Assembly (NCBI RefSeq): GCF_000485595.1
Contig: NW_014577068.1
Span: 826,487 to 890,486, forward strand
Length of the DNA stretch: 64,000 nucleotides
Reading direction: 5' to 3'
Source of the DNA: Priapulus caudatus
Lineage: Eukaryota
Every line of letters begins with the position of its first letter. Within the stretch, counting starts at the first letter, position 1. A model generated the notes under the pieces. The model worked only from the letters and a program-made list of their open reading frames with translations. It did not search any database and was not told the DNA's origin. The position numbers and the translations under genes were made by a program. Shown piece after piece: positions 48,208 through 62,805 of the stretch.

Positions 48208-51200
48208 CTACATGTAGTTGGCGACAACTGCCCTTTTTAGTTTATGACTGCAAACGGAGTCCCGATTCTATCATATGCAATGAAGTTACTTCAGTGAAGA
48301 AAAGAAGTGTCTTACTGAAATCTTGAGTAAATGTTTAGTTGTTTGTAGAAAGGTTTGGGTGGAATAGAATGTATATGACTCTTGGTGTATGTATATTTGT
48401 TATCAGATTACTATCTAAATCCTAAGAGGGATTGAAGGATAACTATCCTATCATAATTATGCTATGTACTGTATTTCCCAATAGGAAACCATGTAGTTGA
48501 ATGTATGCGTGTACTTTGTATCATATAAGACACTGAGCCTGTCTGTATTTTTTAATTAATAACTGTGCAGCTGCTATTAATTGTTTAGAGTGACATGAAT
48601 TAGCCATGTCAATGGATAACATTAATAAGCTGTGCACTTTAAATTGTAAATTGTAAAGCACAAACATTTAAATTGTTTACATTGCATTCACGTTATTACA
48701 TTTGTTTAATAATTAACTAATTTATTGTTCAACTGTTTATTGGCTATGCCAGTAGTCTGTATGGTGCCTTGTTATACGTGGGACTGGGATCTGCAGCAGG
48801 GTGGTAGTCCATATCTGCAGGCACTTCTACACCCGCGCTCATGACATATATAGAGCTATATTCATTGCTCAAGTAAAATGGGAATCTCTGTCTAATTGTG
48901 ACTTCAGTGCATTCAAGTAAGGTAAAGGCTATTGCTCTCAGCGCTCTCGCGTTGGTGCGTGCACAACAGGACATTAGTCTGTTAAGTGTGGATGTCGAGT
49001 GCGTATTATGGATCAAAGGGCAAAAGCGACTAATAGCAGCTAAGATGCACGTGCGCATTACTGCAGCTTCCAAAAGACGAGTCTAGCAAACGCAAGCATT
49101 CATGCGAGTATCAATGCCGCGTTACTGATTGGCGATCGCATGATATTACACTTACAGGTTTCAATTCCTTTGTCTCAGCTATATCTCAGAACGTCTGGCG
49201 ATGCCGGGTGTGAAGCATCCCCAAAATCCGTTCGAGTGGATGAAATGGCCTATTTCGGCTTTGAGATTTCGAAGGAGGCATCGCGTTGGTTGTGATATCG
49301 CAAGAAGGAAAGTAAATCTATACTAATATTTCCAGTGATTGTTGGTCTGGTAGTCTCTCCGGCTATAGGCGACCAAATAGTTCGTACCTGGGTGCTGGAA
49401 TTTGGTCCACATGGGTAATTTGACCCGGCAAGTGTCGTGGGATTATTTCCATTAACCTCAGAGGTTACAGGAGGTCATCAAAGGCAACAAAAAACAGTCA
49501 TTTGTGGCTAAACGAAGTCAGGTAAAAAGTTCGTCATGAAGTATAAAAATATTCCTTGACCCCACAAATGTGTGTGCAGACGAGGTCAGATCTGGCCTCT
49601 GAGGTCACTAGACGTCATAGGAGGTCGCAGAAAGAACAACATTTAAATTTTTGGCTGAACGAAGCGAGGAGTTGCGGGCATTGTTATAGAGTCCAAAAGT
49701 GTTCCTCGACCTCCACAAATGGCTGGGCGGATGTGGTCAAATCTAACAGAGGTTATGTAAGGTTACTTGAGGTCACTTTTCGTTATTACACAATTGAAAT
49801 TTCTGAAACCTTTCTAAACGTTTATTACGTTGTAATATTACGTTGTTAAATTTTCTTTCCTATTCCTTATGGCACAATGGAACTTTCTAGAAACTTCTTG
49901 TGTATTTCACATGGGTATAAAACCAGGCCATTCATACCACGTTTTTGCCTCAGAAGGAAAGACCACCAATGTCGTATATCCAAAACTTTGGCAACGTAGA
50001 ATCTTTCAAACTGTTTTTGTCCGAATGTTGTTTAACCATTCGAATTTTGTTTCTCTGTTGCGACTTTATCTTTAGAATCCGTGACAATGCCTAGGTTGTT
50101 ATAGACTTGATAGGCAGTGGCAGCATTTACATTTTAATAGGCTTACCATAGTTATGCCATAGTTACCATACACTGCCAGTTTACAATCCATGCAATTACC
50201 ATGGAAAGGTTCAGCTGTAAGCCGTGATTAAACAATTAGCTTTGATGCGCCCTGACCATTTCTAATTAATTAACGCATATGTGGCTCAGCAATCTACTAT
50301 GGCCAAATATCCCCCCTTGTGTTTGTCAGATAGTTTCTTAATTTCAGTTGTGTGTTGGATCGTAAGTGATTAAACGCCTCATCAGTTTGAAATTTTAAAT
50401 TAGAACTATGTTTTCGATCTCCACTACGAGTATGACCTATATAAGCTATAATGTATTTTTTTTTCATTACTGCCTTTACTGGGTAAAAATGTAATCGAGT
50501 GACCTCCGAAATACGCATTTTTGTGGTCTTACTTGGCTACTGGGGAGAAACTGGTAAGCTCGTTGCCGTGGCAACAATAACCATAGAAACGGGACAAAAT
50601 GCATGTCAACAGCATTTGCCTGAGCTAGTATTGCAATCGTGAAAAATAGCGAGAAGAACAATCCAATATCTTTAGAGATGGCAGCGACAGCATTCGCAGC
50701 ATCGGCTCAGATCAATCCACTGACATGGTATGGGCGGCGGGCGCTGCATAACACCACATATACCCACCATACCAACACGCGTCGGTTGGGATGGAGGTAG
50801 CAGTACCGTCATACATAATAGCAGGAGCTAAGGCACTTGCAGATTGTCTAAGCTGGGATTGAAGCTGGGGGCATGTATGCATAAGGGTAGGATAGGAGCT
50901 GAGGCATATGTAAGGGCAGGGGAGGAGCCTAAATATGCATAGGGAGTATGGAATAGGGTAGGATCTGAAATATAGATGGGTTGAATGGGGTAGGGTAGGT
51001 TAAGGTATTTTTATTTTTTATTTATTTATTTAGGCAATTATCCATCATATACAATACATAGCATACTTTTACAATAAAATTCTGAATTCATAAAATTGGA
51101 TAACTACCAAGGATATATACACAAAAAGCATGACTAGCATACTACTAGTACAAGGTAGGTAGGTAGGTAAGAACCGAGGTATGGATAAGGTGGAAGGGGA

Positions 51201-52649
51201 TATGTTAGTTATAGTAGCTTGCGGAAGGTGTAAGGTGTAGGGGCTGATGTGTGGATAGGACGTGAGGAACTAGGTCGGGCTACAGGTATGTATGTACATG
51301 TCATGCTGGGTAGCACGAACTGAATGTGAGAGAGTAGAGTCTACACAAAAACTTTGTGCAGCACATAATTATTATAAAGAAAACTTGCGATATCCGGCTT
51401 CCGATTACGTGTAATAGATTTGAACAATATGATAAAATTCAGTCACTGTAGCGCGAGAAATGATAGTAGGTTTATAAGTGTTATAATATTTTAATGGTTG
51501 CATATGCATGTAGTGATCACCGGTTACTGATCAGTGTGTCGGAGGTGCGGTGGTAATGAAGGAGCGCGGGATGCAAGCATGGCTGTCGCCAGGCAGTGAC
51601 GTCAGGCGGAAGTCGCGTCGCGTCTGCGAAATAGCTGCTCGTCTTAGAGATATAGGATACAGCGTCGTCGTCGTGTATGCATTCCTGCCATACCTTGCCG
51701 AAGTGTCAGTGAATCATGCGTGCTGACTCGAGTAAAGCAGTGCCTTCGCCTTGCCCCCTTCTCCCCGCGTACTATAGGTACCGGTGTATGAACATGACAT
51801 GCTGACTTTGTAGGCAGCGACACGCGCTCTCTCGGCTCACAGTATACAGCGCGCGTATTAAACCCGCCTCGCTCACTAGGCGCGTATTGATGTTTGAGAT
51901 GCTGGTTATACTCGTGAATTCGTCTAATGAAGCGCTGGGAGCGAAGTTTGCGAACTCTCGTATAGCGAGGTATTAAAAGGAAAAACGGCGAGACAGGAAG
52001 GAAGCACCGAATGCTCCTTTCCCCTCAAGGCAATTAACACTATTCTCTACTTATAGTTCTTTTTTTAATTGCTGATTAGATTTAAATAGTTAACCGGATG
52101 GTTAATATTCAGTTATTCTTCATCATATGGCAGTAATGATGCAGTGCAACCCCATTACTGTAATTCTATATCGTATTCGTATTGTTTTTACGAATTGGCT
52201 TTTAAATATGTGTTTATTCATTTTTAAACTGATTTAGCACCTGCTAATTGAAGCCTCACTGTTAAAACTCTCTTTAATAAACATTGGGGTTGTATTTGGC
52301 AGGCACTAGACTAGGTTGATTTATGTTATAGGCTTAATGAAAACATAATGTCTCTCCTATTTGTTATCTTTAATGCGTAAACATTACAGCTTGGCGGCTG
52401 TTTCACATAGTTTGAATTCCATTAATCTAAAAATGCAATCCTTAAAGATTCATGAATGCACTAGCTGACAACGCAAAATATTGTGTGCGTACATGAGCAC
52501 CTCTGTGGATACAGTAGTTTGGAAGCAACAATTTATTAGAATTGGAATAGGAATGTACAATGAATTATAACTAGATGTAATCAAATTTCAAACATTTTGT
52601 GCTGTTGGCAAACAGCGTTCGATCTGCCACGCACAGAGAGATTCTGTGT

Positions 52650-53250
52650 TTTTAGCTCAGCTGACGAAGTCAGATGCAGCTTGTAGAATCGCATGAATGT
52701 CTGTCAGTCCGTCCGTCCGTCCGTTTGTCAACAGTTACGGCACAAATCTTAACTGCTGGACGTACGGTCTTGATATTTGGGACGTTGCGTGGGGGGGGGA
52801 TCGCGAAAAGGACTCGGGATGACAAATTTGGGGGTCAAGGGTTAAAGGTCAAGATGTGTAAACGGAGGGGGAATATTTTTCCCTTAACTTAAGGTATAGG
52901 AGGAAATACGGAATTGCGGCACAAATCTTAACGGCTCGACCTACGCTCGTAATATTCGATGTATAGTGTGATGGGGAGGAAACCCATCACCAGTGCGAAA
53001 TTGGAGGTCACAGGTCAAATGGCAGTGGGGGAAAGGTCAGATATCAGACATTTTCTGAGGACATGGTCTAACGGACCGAGTGCAAAACTATTTTGTTTCA
53101 GCACTGACCTACCATTTTTATCACTTTATTGAAAGGACCATGAAATGTACTTTCCGCTGACGTGCGAAGAGTAAGTGTCTGATAATCTTTTGACCCTCAA
53201 GAGGAGGGTTAAACATTGATTTGTTGACTGTTAACAAAGGACTGCTTTTG
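52650..53250 (+). mobile_element. HINE, same family as 36229
   Basis: TTTTAGCTCAGCTGACGAAGTCAGATGCAGC head, (GTCC)n, shared core. Confidence 0.75.
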
Positions 53251-56200
53251 TTATTAGAGCCCCCACCCTCTCCCCACCCTCCCCCACCACCACCACTACG
53301 CTCGCGCTCAACGCATATCCATGATAACATGTTAATATAGCGAAGTCATTAAAGTTACACAGCTGTATCTGTAATTATTACTGTGCTACCGGTATAGCAA
53401 AGCCTATCATAGATTTGTATTTTTAGATCTGTATTAGTAGTATCCTAGATATATGCTCTGAGCGCGAACGCGGTGACGGGAGGGGGCACTTGATTCGGTT
53501 GCCAGTGAGTTTATCAGAAGAATACCTGGCTACAGTACACGTCAGTTGAGCGCTGCATGTCGCTCTGCAACACTTGTTAAACAAGAATGGCGAAACCCAG
53601 TGTTTTTTAATTTGGAAATATTCTCCTGACAATTGGGTCCATAATATCTTGGTAAAGACCAGATCCAATAACCGTATTATGTAATTGAATGAGTGCCGGC
53701 TAGTGTTACGGGCCGCGTGTGCACCTCTTAGGGGGGGGGGAATTTGTCACTGTGCCTACAGTATTCATTTAGCAGGAGAACTATGTGCCCATTCATGTGT
53801 GCGACTACCGTTACTTATCCATAATCATCAATTTCTACAGAATAGGAGATGTCATTTTGTTTGTGCTGCTCGGAAGCTATAACCTTATTATTAATGGATA
53901 TTTGAATTGCCGGATATTTCGTTAACCAGCGACAGAATAGGTGCACGGATGCGTTGTGCGGTTAAGAGTATTGTGGTCGCAGTAGACCGCCACATTGAAG
54001 CCAGTCGGGGCCATATGTCCATCCATGTCTGGCAATTATCCCTATCCCTATGCTAAAGTTCAAGCCTATAGCTGCTATGCTCCAGGAAAGATTCGTGGAT
54101 CTGGTCATCTGGTTTAATTCCTGGTCATAGAATTTTATCTGAAATTCTGCAATTATTACTTCAAAAGTTAATATCGTAGTTATACTTGCAAGGTAAGTAA
54201 TGTTTACACGGATGTTCGACAGTTCATGGTTTTTAAGTTATGTTAGATTAGAAATATGATAATGAAATATGATAGCGCGCCGCTTATGATCAAGAAGAAA
54301 TTAGGTGCCAAAAATGCTGACCACATCTTTCATGAGCGTACATAGCTAGGTGCGATGATAGAAAGGGGAGTAGTGAGGACATTGAGCTATATGCCTGATG
54401 GTCGATAGTACGATGAAGTGGCCGGGTCTTATCAAAAATGGATCAATCTTTACATGTATTATTAATTCTTGATCTTATGTACGTGTCATCCACTCACGCA
54501 CGCGCGCGCGTGTTTTACCGTGAAATTCGCTCGCAATTAATAATTGCTTGTGATTATCCGATAATTCTGAGCATTCAGTGCGTAATCGCTGCAGTGCGTA
54601 TTACGTGCATAAGCGTGGGCACACACGCACGCACGCGCGCGCGCGCACATACATACATAAACGCGCGCGCACACGCGTAAATGCCTCTTCGTTCGGGGTG
54701 AATGAGTTTTTTTCCGGGGTGATCGTGGATCACGGGTGCGTGTCTCCCCGTACCATTAGCCAAGGGAACTGGTAGTAGTGTGAGAGCAGGAAATGCACAT
54801 AAGACCTGCGGTGTTTGCAGGCAAAGAATGCCGTGAGCCTCGTACCCGTTGTCAACAAACTAAATATTCATCATGAGTATGAAATCTTATAACATTTGAT
54901 GTGAAGCGTCGTGCAAAAGTTATAGCATTGTTGAATTGTGATAGTCATAGCCACATTTCGTGATGTTTGTGACATTGGCCCACTGGTGAATTTGATTTAT
55001 AGTTAATTGCTGGTAAATTAAGCAAAAGCTTGCGTTTTAAAATGGGGAAAGTACTCTTGGTTAAAAAATGATGGAAATGAAGTGCAGAAATCTCGTGAAA
55101 CAATAGAGTGTGCGTGTCTTCGCACGTCAAAGGCATTTCTATAAAACTGATATTTCAACTGCGGCCAATGTGAAGTTGCGCCCATCCATTTATTGATGAA
55201 GATGGCTGGAATATTTAAAATTACGTAATCCTTTAACAGTAGCTAAGCTCCTGTTCGTTTTTCTGAGTAGTGTAATTAATAACCAGTGGGAAATTTAAAC
55301 ACCAGGCTGTGGCCGCATAAATTCTTTATATTGCGTAACGAGTTCGTTTATGTGTTTGTATCGACGCTTTCCAATCGCGATCGCTCTCCGTCACGTCCAA
55401 TATGTGACACCCGACTGTTGTCGCGAGACTTCTCACGTTCACGAATTATCTGCGACGAACATTTCTAGACTGACACCGTACGTCGTTGAGAAGTAACGAC
55501 AGTGAAACGTGACGACGGTCGGGGTCCAACTGGAACCCTGTCTGTAGCGTACATCTATAGGTTATAATCACTGCACCTGTACTGTGGAGGTGTGAGAGCT
55601 GTGTGTGTGTGTGAGGGGAGGTGCGGTGTGAGTAATGGCGTGCCGTGGTGATTGTGGAGCGTGCAAACGTGAAATTACAGGTCGTCTCTGTCCACATTCG
55701 TCTGGATTAGCACGCGTAGCTGGTAAAGTGGGTTGCACCGCCGCCGCGCGCATCACGCTGTGAGCTCTTCTTTAATTTGCCGCCGTATGTGTGTATGATT
55801 TGTACGTGTCGCGCCCAGCTGCTCCTTCTATTCCGTTTGCCATTATGTCGGACAGAGAGAGATTCGTACCCGCGAGACGATTTTAAACGCGCTTTAAGTA
55901 TTCATGAAAGAATGGAATTTGTGCTGAATTAAAACTAAGTTAAACCAGCTGTCTGATGTTCGCATATATTATTTTTCTCGTAAAAAATGTTGTTTACCGA
56001 TGCCTGCATGACTATCTCATGAATCATACTAGCTATAACTCTAGACGTGATGCGGCCATGATGCCGAGGCGCGCCGAGGATTGACACTTTGTGTCTTCCA
56101 ATCACAGCCTATGCCGCACCAGTCACTGATATTTTTAAAGAGGGGGACCCATTGGACCACCAAATCGCCGATCTCAGGAACTAGGGCATTCTGCTAGGCT

Positions 56201-57527
56201 AGAACGGTTTCCTACGATAGAGTTTGGCACAAATACGAAAATAACACGCTGTTTAACGCACTGCACTACGTCCTTCTGTTGCATTTTCGCATTTCCGTAA
56301 TCAGAATATAAGCCCCGCCTTCTTCGTTGATGGGCATGAATGGGGCGTGACCTACGTCACCAGTTCCTGTACCTACTGTCTCTCGCCAGCCTGTTTACTT
56401 TTTGTAAATAATGAAATGCCCGGCTGATGCATTTCGCATCAAAGAGGAAAATTTTCAGCATTTTCACTCGCTGTCGGAATTAGTGAACGAGTGCGTCATT
56501 CATTGAACATTTCAGCAAAACACGTACAGCACACTGCACGACAGAGGTTGCAATGACGTCACTGTCAAAATTGCCCAACCGTCCAGCCTCATCCAATGAA
56601 CGCCATAAAAATTTCCAAGTCACGCCACCGTCTTCTTTTGCTGACTCGATCGTAAGCAGAAGTTATAGTAAATTGGTTTGTTGTTTTGAAAATAAATTGT
56701 ACGTTTAGAAAATGAATTTTTACAATGATGTGAAGGAACTTGTATATCAGGCAATTATTTTGGAAAGTTGTGAATTAATTTGCAAGTTAATAAATTGATT
56801 TGTTATTCTGTGAATTGATTTTAAATCTTGAATTTAAATTTTTTGAACAATATAAAGTAATTTATATTTTTATTAATTAATTTGAAATGTTTTAAATTGA
56901 TTTAAAATTGTGTATTTGAAATGTTTGAAAATGATTTTTGAAGGGGATGGCTTTCCATAGAGTAGTATAGCGCCCATGTTACGCACAATGGATATAGAGG
57001 CAGTACGTGTTGGTACACAAAACGGTTAGGTAGTTTTGGTAATCCTGCTAGCAGATTCAACAGATGAATTCAGGAGATGTTTCTCCTTTATTATGACTAA
57101 TTATTGAAGTGCTGCATAACAACATTAAACAGCGGCCTACGCATTCATTCTAATATCGAGTTTTGTTGAATTAAAGACCCCCAGGCCCTAAATATCACAT
57201 ACAACGACAACGTAAATCTCTTTCTTGGCGTGTAGAATGCGTGTTTTGGCGCGTTCTTCTACGCACGAGTGAATCTCGGGGTTTTACGGCCAGTCATGAG
57301 TCATCAGCGTCTCGGTATAGATGCTTGCGGAAAATGTGTGACGGTATGGGACCGATGTCTGCATCACTGGCAGTTTGAAACGTGTGATTGAACATGCAGC
57401 ATCTGATTGAAGCGCATGAAAGGGGAAAAGATTTGTAGGCGTGTATTTCGTTCGACCCATTTTTTGATTCCTCCAGAACAAAAGATCTCCATCAAAGCAT
57501 GTGAATACTATATATAATAATATAATG

Positions 57528-57900
57528 TTTTTAGCTCATCTGATGTGCAGCTTGTAGAATCGCATGATCGTCTGTGCGTCCGGCCGTCCGTCAACAGTTG
57601 GGCACACATCTTAACCGCTCGACGTACGGTGACGATATTCGGGACGTCGGGGGAGGGGGGGATCGTGAAAAGGACTCAGGATGACAAATTTGGGGGTCAA
57701 GGGTCAAAGGTCAAGATGTGTAAACGGAGGGGGAATATTTCCTCCTTAACTTAAGGTATAGGAGGAAATACGGAATTGCGGCACAAATCTTAACGGCTTG
57801 ATCGCCCTAGCTATATGCTCTTAATATTCGGTGTATAGTGTGATGGGCAGGAAACCCATCACCAGTGCGAAATTGGAGGTCACAGGTCAAAGGGCAGTCA
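57528..57900 (+). mobile_element. HINE, same family, truncated
   Basis: Same head and core sequence. Confidence 0.72.
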
Positions 57901-59104
57901 TTTGTTGTTGAAGACTGACTTTATTAGTAAACAGTACGATACAAATATATATATACACTACGGGCCGACCTAGGCACCCAAGCCTATAGGGGAGTATAGG
58001 CCCTGGCCGGCCGGCCGTGTCTCGTCTTCGTCCGCTATACATCTTGAAAGGAATGACCATGTAATAACTCACGTATGATCTGGGTAATGACTCTCTGATC
58101 TTTCGTCCGTGTCTATTTATTTGTTTTCGAAAACCGCCCGGCGACATTTCAATCCGACCCCCGGCCAATCACCGTCTGGGTCTATGGGGTTAGGGTGCGC
58201 GCAGTGGGTTACATTACAATAACAACAATAACTTGCTAGGGTTAGAAGTTTAGACAATTAGTTGCAAAGCCCTAATTAGTCCGCATGCAGCCCTATACGA
58301 TACAACAGTAGCATCGCATGCAGGAAGCACTAGATCTGCTCATGTTTGAGCAGTAAAATGTAAAAGAAGATTATTATAATCGGCTTATATTGCAGATACG
58401 TGTATTCGATGTTTCAAGGACATCCTGTTTTGAAAATAATAAGTACAAAGGTCTAGGTTGCAGATGGGAATTGTATAATTTGATAGTTAAATTTAGTAAA
58501 TTTGATAGTTAATTATACTTCGTATATACGTCGCGGAATGTACTGTTATCTGGGTCGTATAAATATAGGATGTTTCTTGCGCAATGTGGAAGTAACGCGT
58601 ATACGTATTTTGTTTCGAACGTTAGAACGCGCCGGTTGAACGTGCAACGCGATATGTGTATGTTGTTGTGAAATCGAGACGTGTATCGTTTATAGGTAAA
58701 TGACCACATGAGAATCCTGTCAGAGGCAGTACGTGCTTTAAACACTGGTTATCGATCATGGCCTTCGATTGACCCGTGTCGTAGTTGTAGTGGTGCAGCT
58801 TGGGCGCGCGTACGAGGCGGCCTATGCCTACTAATATTACATGCAATGTTTGCGCTAGATCGCAGGCAGAAAAATAACCACCAACGCGAAGGCAGATTCA
58901 GAATGTTTGGAGCATCTTCAAATGCGCTGTACAGTATAATACCAGGAATCTGCTGGCCCTATATACTACTCACCGCAGTGAGAACAGAATCATCGTATGG
59001 ATCAACTAGTTCGCTATATCGAGTCGGGGCCGCGGCGCTTCTACCCTGATCTGGCCTAGCAAAAATGCATATATATATATACACATATATATACATATAT
59101 GTAA

Positions 59105-59127
59105 TTGTGTGTGCATGTGTACGTGCG

Positions 59128-59177
<50 letters not shown>

Positions 59178-59406
59178 CTATGTGAGTGTGCGTGGCGTGT
59201 GTGTGCGTGTGTGTTGTGTGTGTGTGTGATGTGTGCGTGCGTGCGTGCGTGCGTGCGTGCGTGTGTGTCTGTGTTTGTGTGTGACTATGTGCGTGTGCGT
59301 GTGTGCGTGCGTGCGTGCGTGCGTGGGTGCGTGCGTACGGGCGTGCGTGCGTGCGTGCGTGTGTGTGTATGTGTGTGTTTGCGCGCGTGCGTGCATGCGT
59401 GCGTGT
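59105..59406 (+). repeat. (TG)n/(GCGT)n microsatellite
   Basis: Directly visible. Confidence 0.95.
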
Positions 59407-61825
59407 TTTCGGTTACCCGACCGACTTTACCTTATTGCATTGCCCAAAAGAAGATTTCTGACTGCCGACCCGCTCTCACCTCAGGTGCTTCAATATACGC
59501 CCACCTTGACACCTCTCTTTGTTTGTTTTCTTGTCTCATGTTACATCTGTCCTCGGCTCCATTGAGGAAGAAAGAAGGCACTTGTTTGTTCGATAGCCTA
59601 CCATGTTTCAGTGACCGTAAAATATTACGCACGTACCCTATAGCAATTTGGCAATAATAAGGTGGTCACACAAACATGTTTCTGGCTTCCTACGTACGTA
59701 TACTGGGTAGATGTAGACTGTTTTGTGTTACACTAATATTTAATTCAATATGACCAGAAACGAACGTATTTTTTGTTTGGCTTTACCACACTCTAATATT
59801 GGGATTAGTAATAGTATAGCAGATTAAAAAATTAGGAGCTGACTGGAAATCAATAATAATTAAAATTAACAAGTAATAACAATTATTGTCAATTGATTAT
59901 TGTATACCCAGGGAGTGCGCGGAGCTTCTTTTGCGTTTTTGTGTCTTCCGGATTTTTTTTGCATTCATGTTTTCTGTGTTTGTTTTTTTGTGTTTATAAA
60001 ATATATATGTAATTATGCGTGGTCAGAGCTGATGCGAAAAATACAAGAAAATACTTGCCAACTGCTAGCAGGGACAAGTTTGAAAAAAGGGATGAAAAAA
60101 TTAAGTGATCCGGCTCGTAACTCCTTGTTACTCCTCTAGTAGTTGCAGCTGGTGATAAAGCTAGGCCAAGAACTGCGTCTGCCCCATATTTCTGTTCACA
60201 TCTCCTCCCCATTTAGAAGTCAGTCGTTGAAACAGTATACGTTTGTAAAAGCAATTTTTCAAAATTTCCAGACAAATTGATTTCCCATTCTCTAGTTGCA
60301 GGCAGTTAGTCTGGAATACATGCGCATATGACAGCAGTTTGCGTTAACAGAAATTTATGGCTTTAATGTAGATATTTTTTTGCGTCCAATAAATTAGGGT
60401 TTTAACTGGAGAATCAGCAATGAAACTCCATTACTAGAGCAGTGCTATTCTCCGGATTTTCTGTGCAACTTGAATTACTGTGTGCACCAATATTGCTCAC
60501 AATATGAGCTATGTTTCAGTTTGAGTTGCAACTGATACTCGAACAGAATAGCACTATATGAAGTATTATTTCTGCGTGTTTATATTTTGTAGAAAATTGG
60601 TAGTATTATTTGCAGTGACGTAATCCCACTAAGTGATAAAGGATCGTAATATTCTAAATTTCACTATTAATTTTAGTTGTAGTAAGCATATATTTATGCC
60701 AAATAGAAATTTTTAGTAATTATTATATTTATAAATCGAATTTCACCTTTTTTGACAAATTACAAGTTCCTGTCTTTAGTGTCCTATAATGTAAATGCGT
60801 ATGAACATTTTCAAAGTGCAACTCTCGCCCAACTTTTACCCCATACACATACTGGTATTATTTAAGTGCATTTTTTTATTGATTTCTTTATATTAGTAGC
60901 AAGAAATCGTGGATGCAGACTAAATCTATCATAATTTAATTGAAAATCGAGCTAAAAGTCAGGCCATTGTTATCATTTAAATGCATAATTTTTCCTATAA
61001 ATACGTTAGCATGTCACAGTTATTTTTCATCGCTTAAATTACTCGCAATTTAATATAAATGCTAATAGCAGGTGATATTTTTTGGAATTTCATTATTGGT
61101 CATCAGTTACACTTAACGAATATCATCAATCATACATCATACAATTAACATATCATTCATAATTATATAATTAACGAAGATCAAAGATAATAAGTTAATC
61201 ATATGGCTGCTTTTTGCAAGATAGCCGTTTTTCCAGTGATTGACTATTTCTTTTAATAATCGATTATGTATTATGTTATTAGCTGCTGCAAGTGATTGAT
61301 TTTCATATATAGTCAATAATCAAGACAACATTACTAACGAAGCATATGGCACATACAGCGTTGCTCGTGTGAGTGCAGGAGCGGTCCAGCAAACCTAGCT
61401 GACAGTGAAATGAGCAGAAATGCAATCTTCTGTATACTGTAACTGTGTGTGTAGGTTTCCTCATTATTAGCTCATTTGACACGGTCAGATGCAGCTTGTA
61501 GAATGTCAGGAGCGCGCCCGTCCGCCCATCCGTCCATCCGTCAGCAGTATGAATGCAAACCTGAACGTCTCAGCTCACGTTATTATAATTCGAGATGTAG
61601 GGGAGGGGGGCATCCAGAAACGACATTGGGAGGTTGAAGCTGGCGTCAAGTTACAAAGGTCACTGGGCGTGACAAGAAGGGGAATATTCTGCCCTTAACT
61701 GACCAACATGGAGGAATTGTATAATTGGGGCACAAATATCAGTTGCTTGACCTATGCTCTTGATATTTTTTATACAGAGACAGAGTGAGGGAAGTCAGTA
61801 GCTTGACAAAATTTAAGGTCACAGG

Positions 61826-62662
61826 TAGGGGTGCACCGGAACTTGGATTCCTTCCGGAACTATCTGGCCGGATCCCCAATTTTTTAAACTTCCGGTTCCG
61901 GCCGGAACCCTTCAGGAACAGTCGGCCGGAACCGGAACTTTTTCCTAGTTTCATTTCTGCTACAAGCGTCATCAAGATCAAAAGCTCAGTCACTGAATGT
62001 AGTTGAGCGTCAATAGAGTCAACTTGCTGACAATATAGTGTTAACAACTTCACACTAGTCTGCCCAGAAAACGTTTGCCACTTGAATATCGGCTAACTAA
62101 CTGAACTGAAGCTAACTGATGTTAGGTGATTCATGAGATTTAAAAAAAAAAAAAAACTCTTAGAGCCACAGGAATGGCATCTGTTTGTTAGTTGAAAATA
62201 ATCGACTAAAACCAGGGATACTGCAACATGCAGCTCGCGAATAAGATGCCAGAATTATGCACTGTAAGCAGATGATTCATACATCTAACAACCATCTTGT
62301 AATGAGAACTTTGTAGCATTGAGAACAATGAGAACAATGTAGAATGTGAACATGTAGACAATGATAACATGTATATAATGAGAACATGAGACATGAGAAC
62401 ATGAGAACATGTGACATAATGAGAACATGAGACATAATGAGAACATGTAGAACAATGAGCATTGTCCTACTCGCCGGAGTGATGGGCCTGCTAATAATAT
62501 TTCGTTCAGGCCGAGTGAGTTAATTTGCGCAATACTGGGCCAATTAAAACCACCGGCTTAAGTTCCGGTTCCGGCCAGGTAATTTCGGCCGGAACTTTTT
62601 TCAAGTTCCGGCTGGTTCTGGTTCCGGCCGGAACTTCAAAAGTTGGATCCGGTGCACCCCTA
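61826..62662. mobile_element. hAT-like MITE
   Basis: TIRs TAGGGGTGCACCGGA / TCCGGTGCACCCCTA; exact 8-bp TSD GTCACAGG; CCGGAA subterminal repeats; internal ATGAGAAC repeats. Confidence 0.9.
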
Positions 62663-62805
62663 GTCACAGGTCAAATGGAGGTTGGGAAAGGAAAGAATTC
62701 TGACATTTTCGGAAGACATGGTCTGGTGGACCGAGTGGAAAACTTTGTTCGTTGCAGAGGTGACCAACCATTTTCATGAATTCACTGACAGGACCATGAT
62801 ATTAT

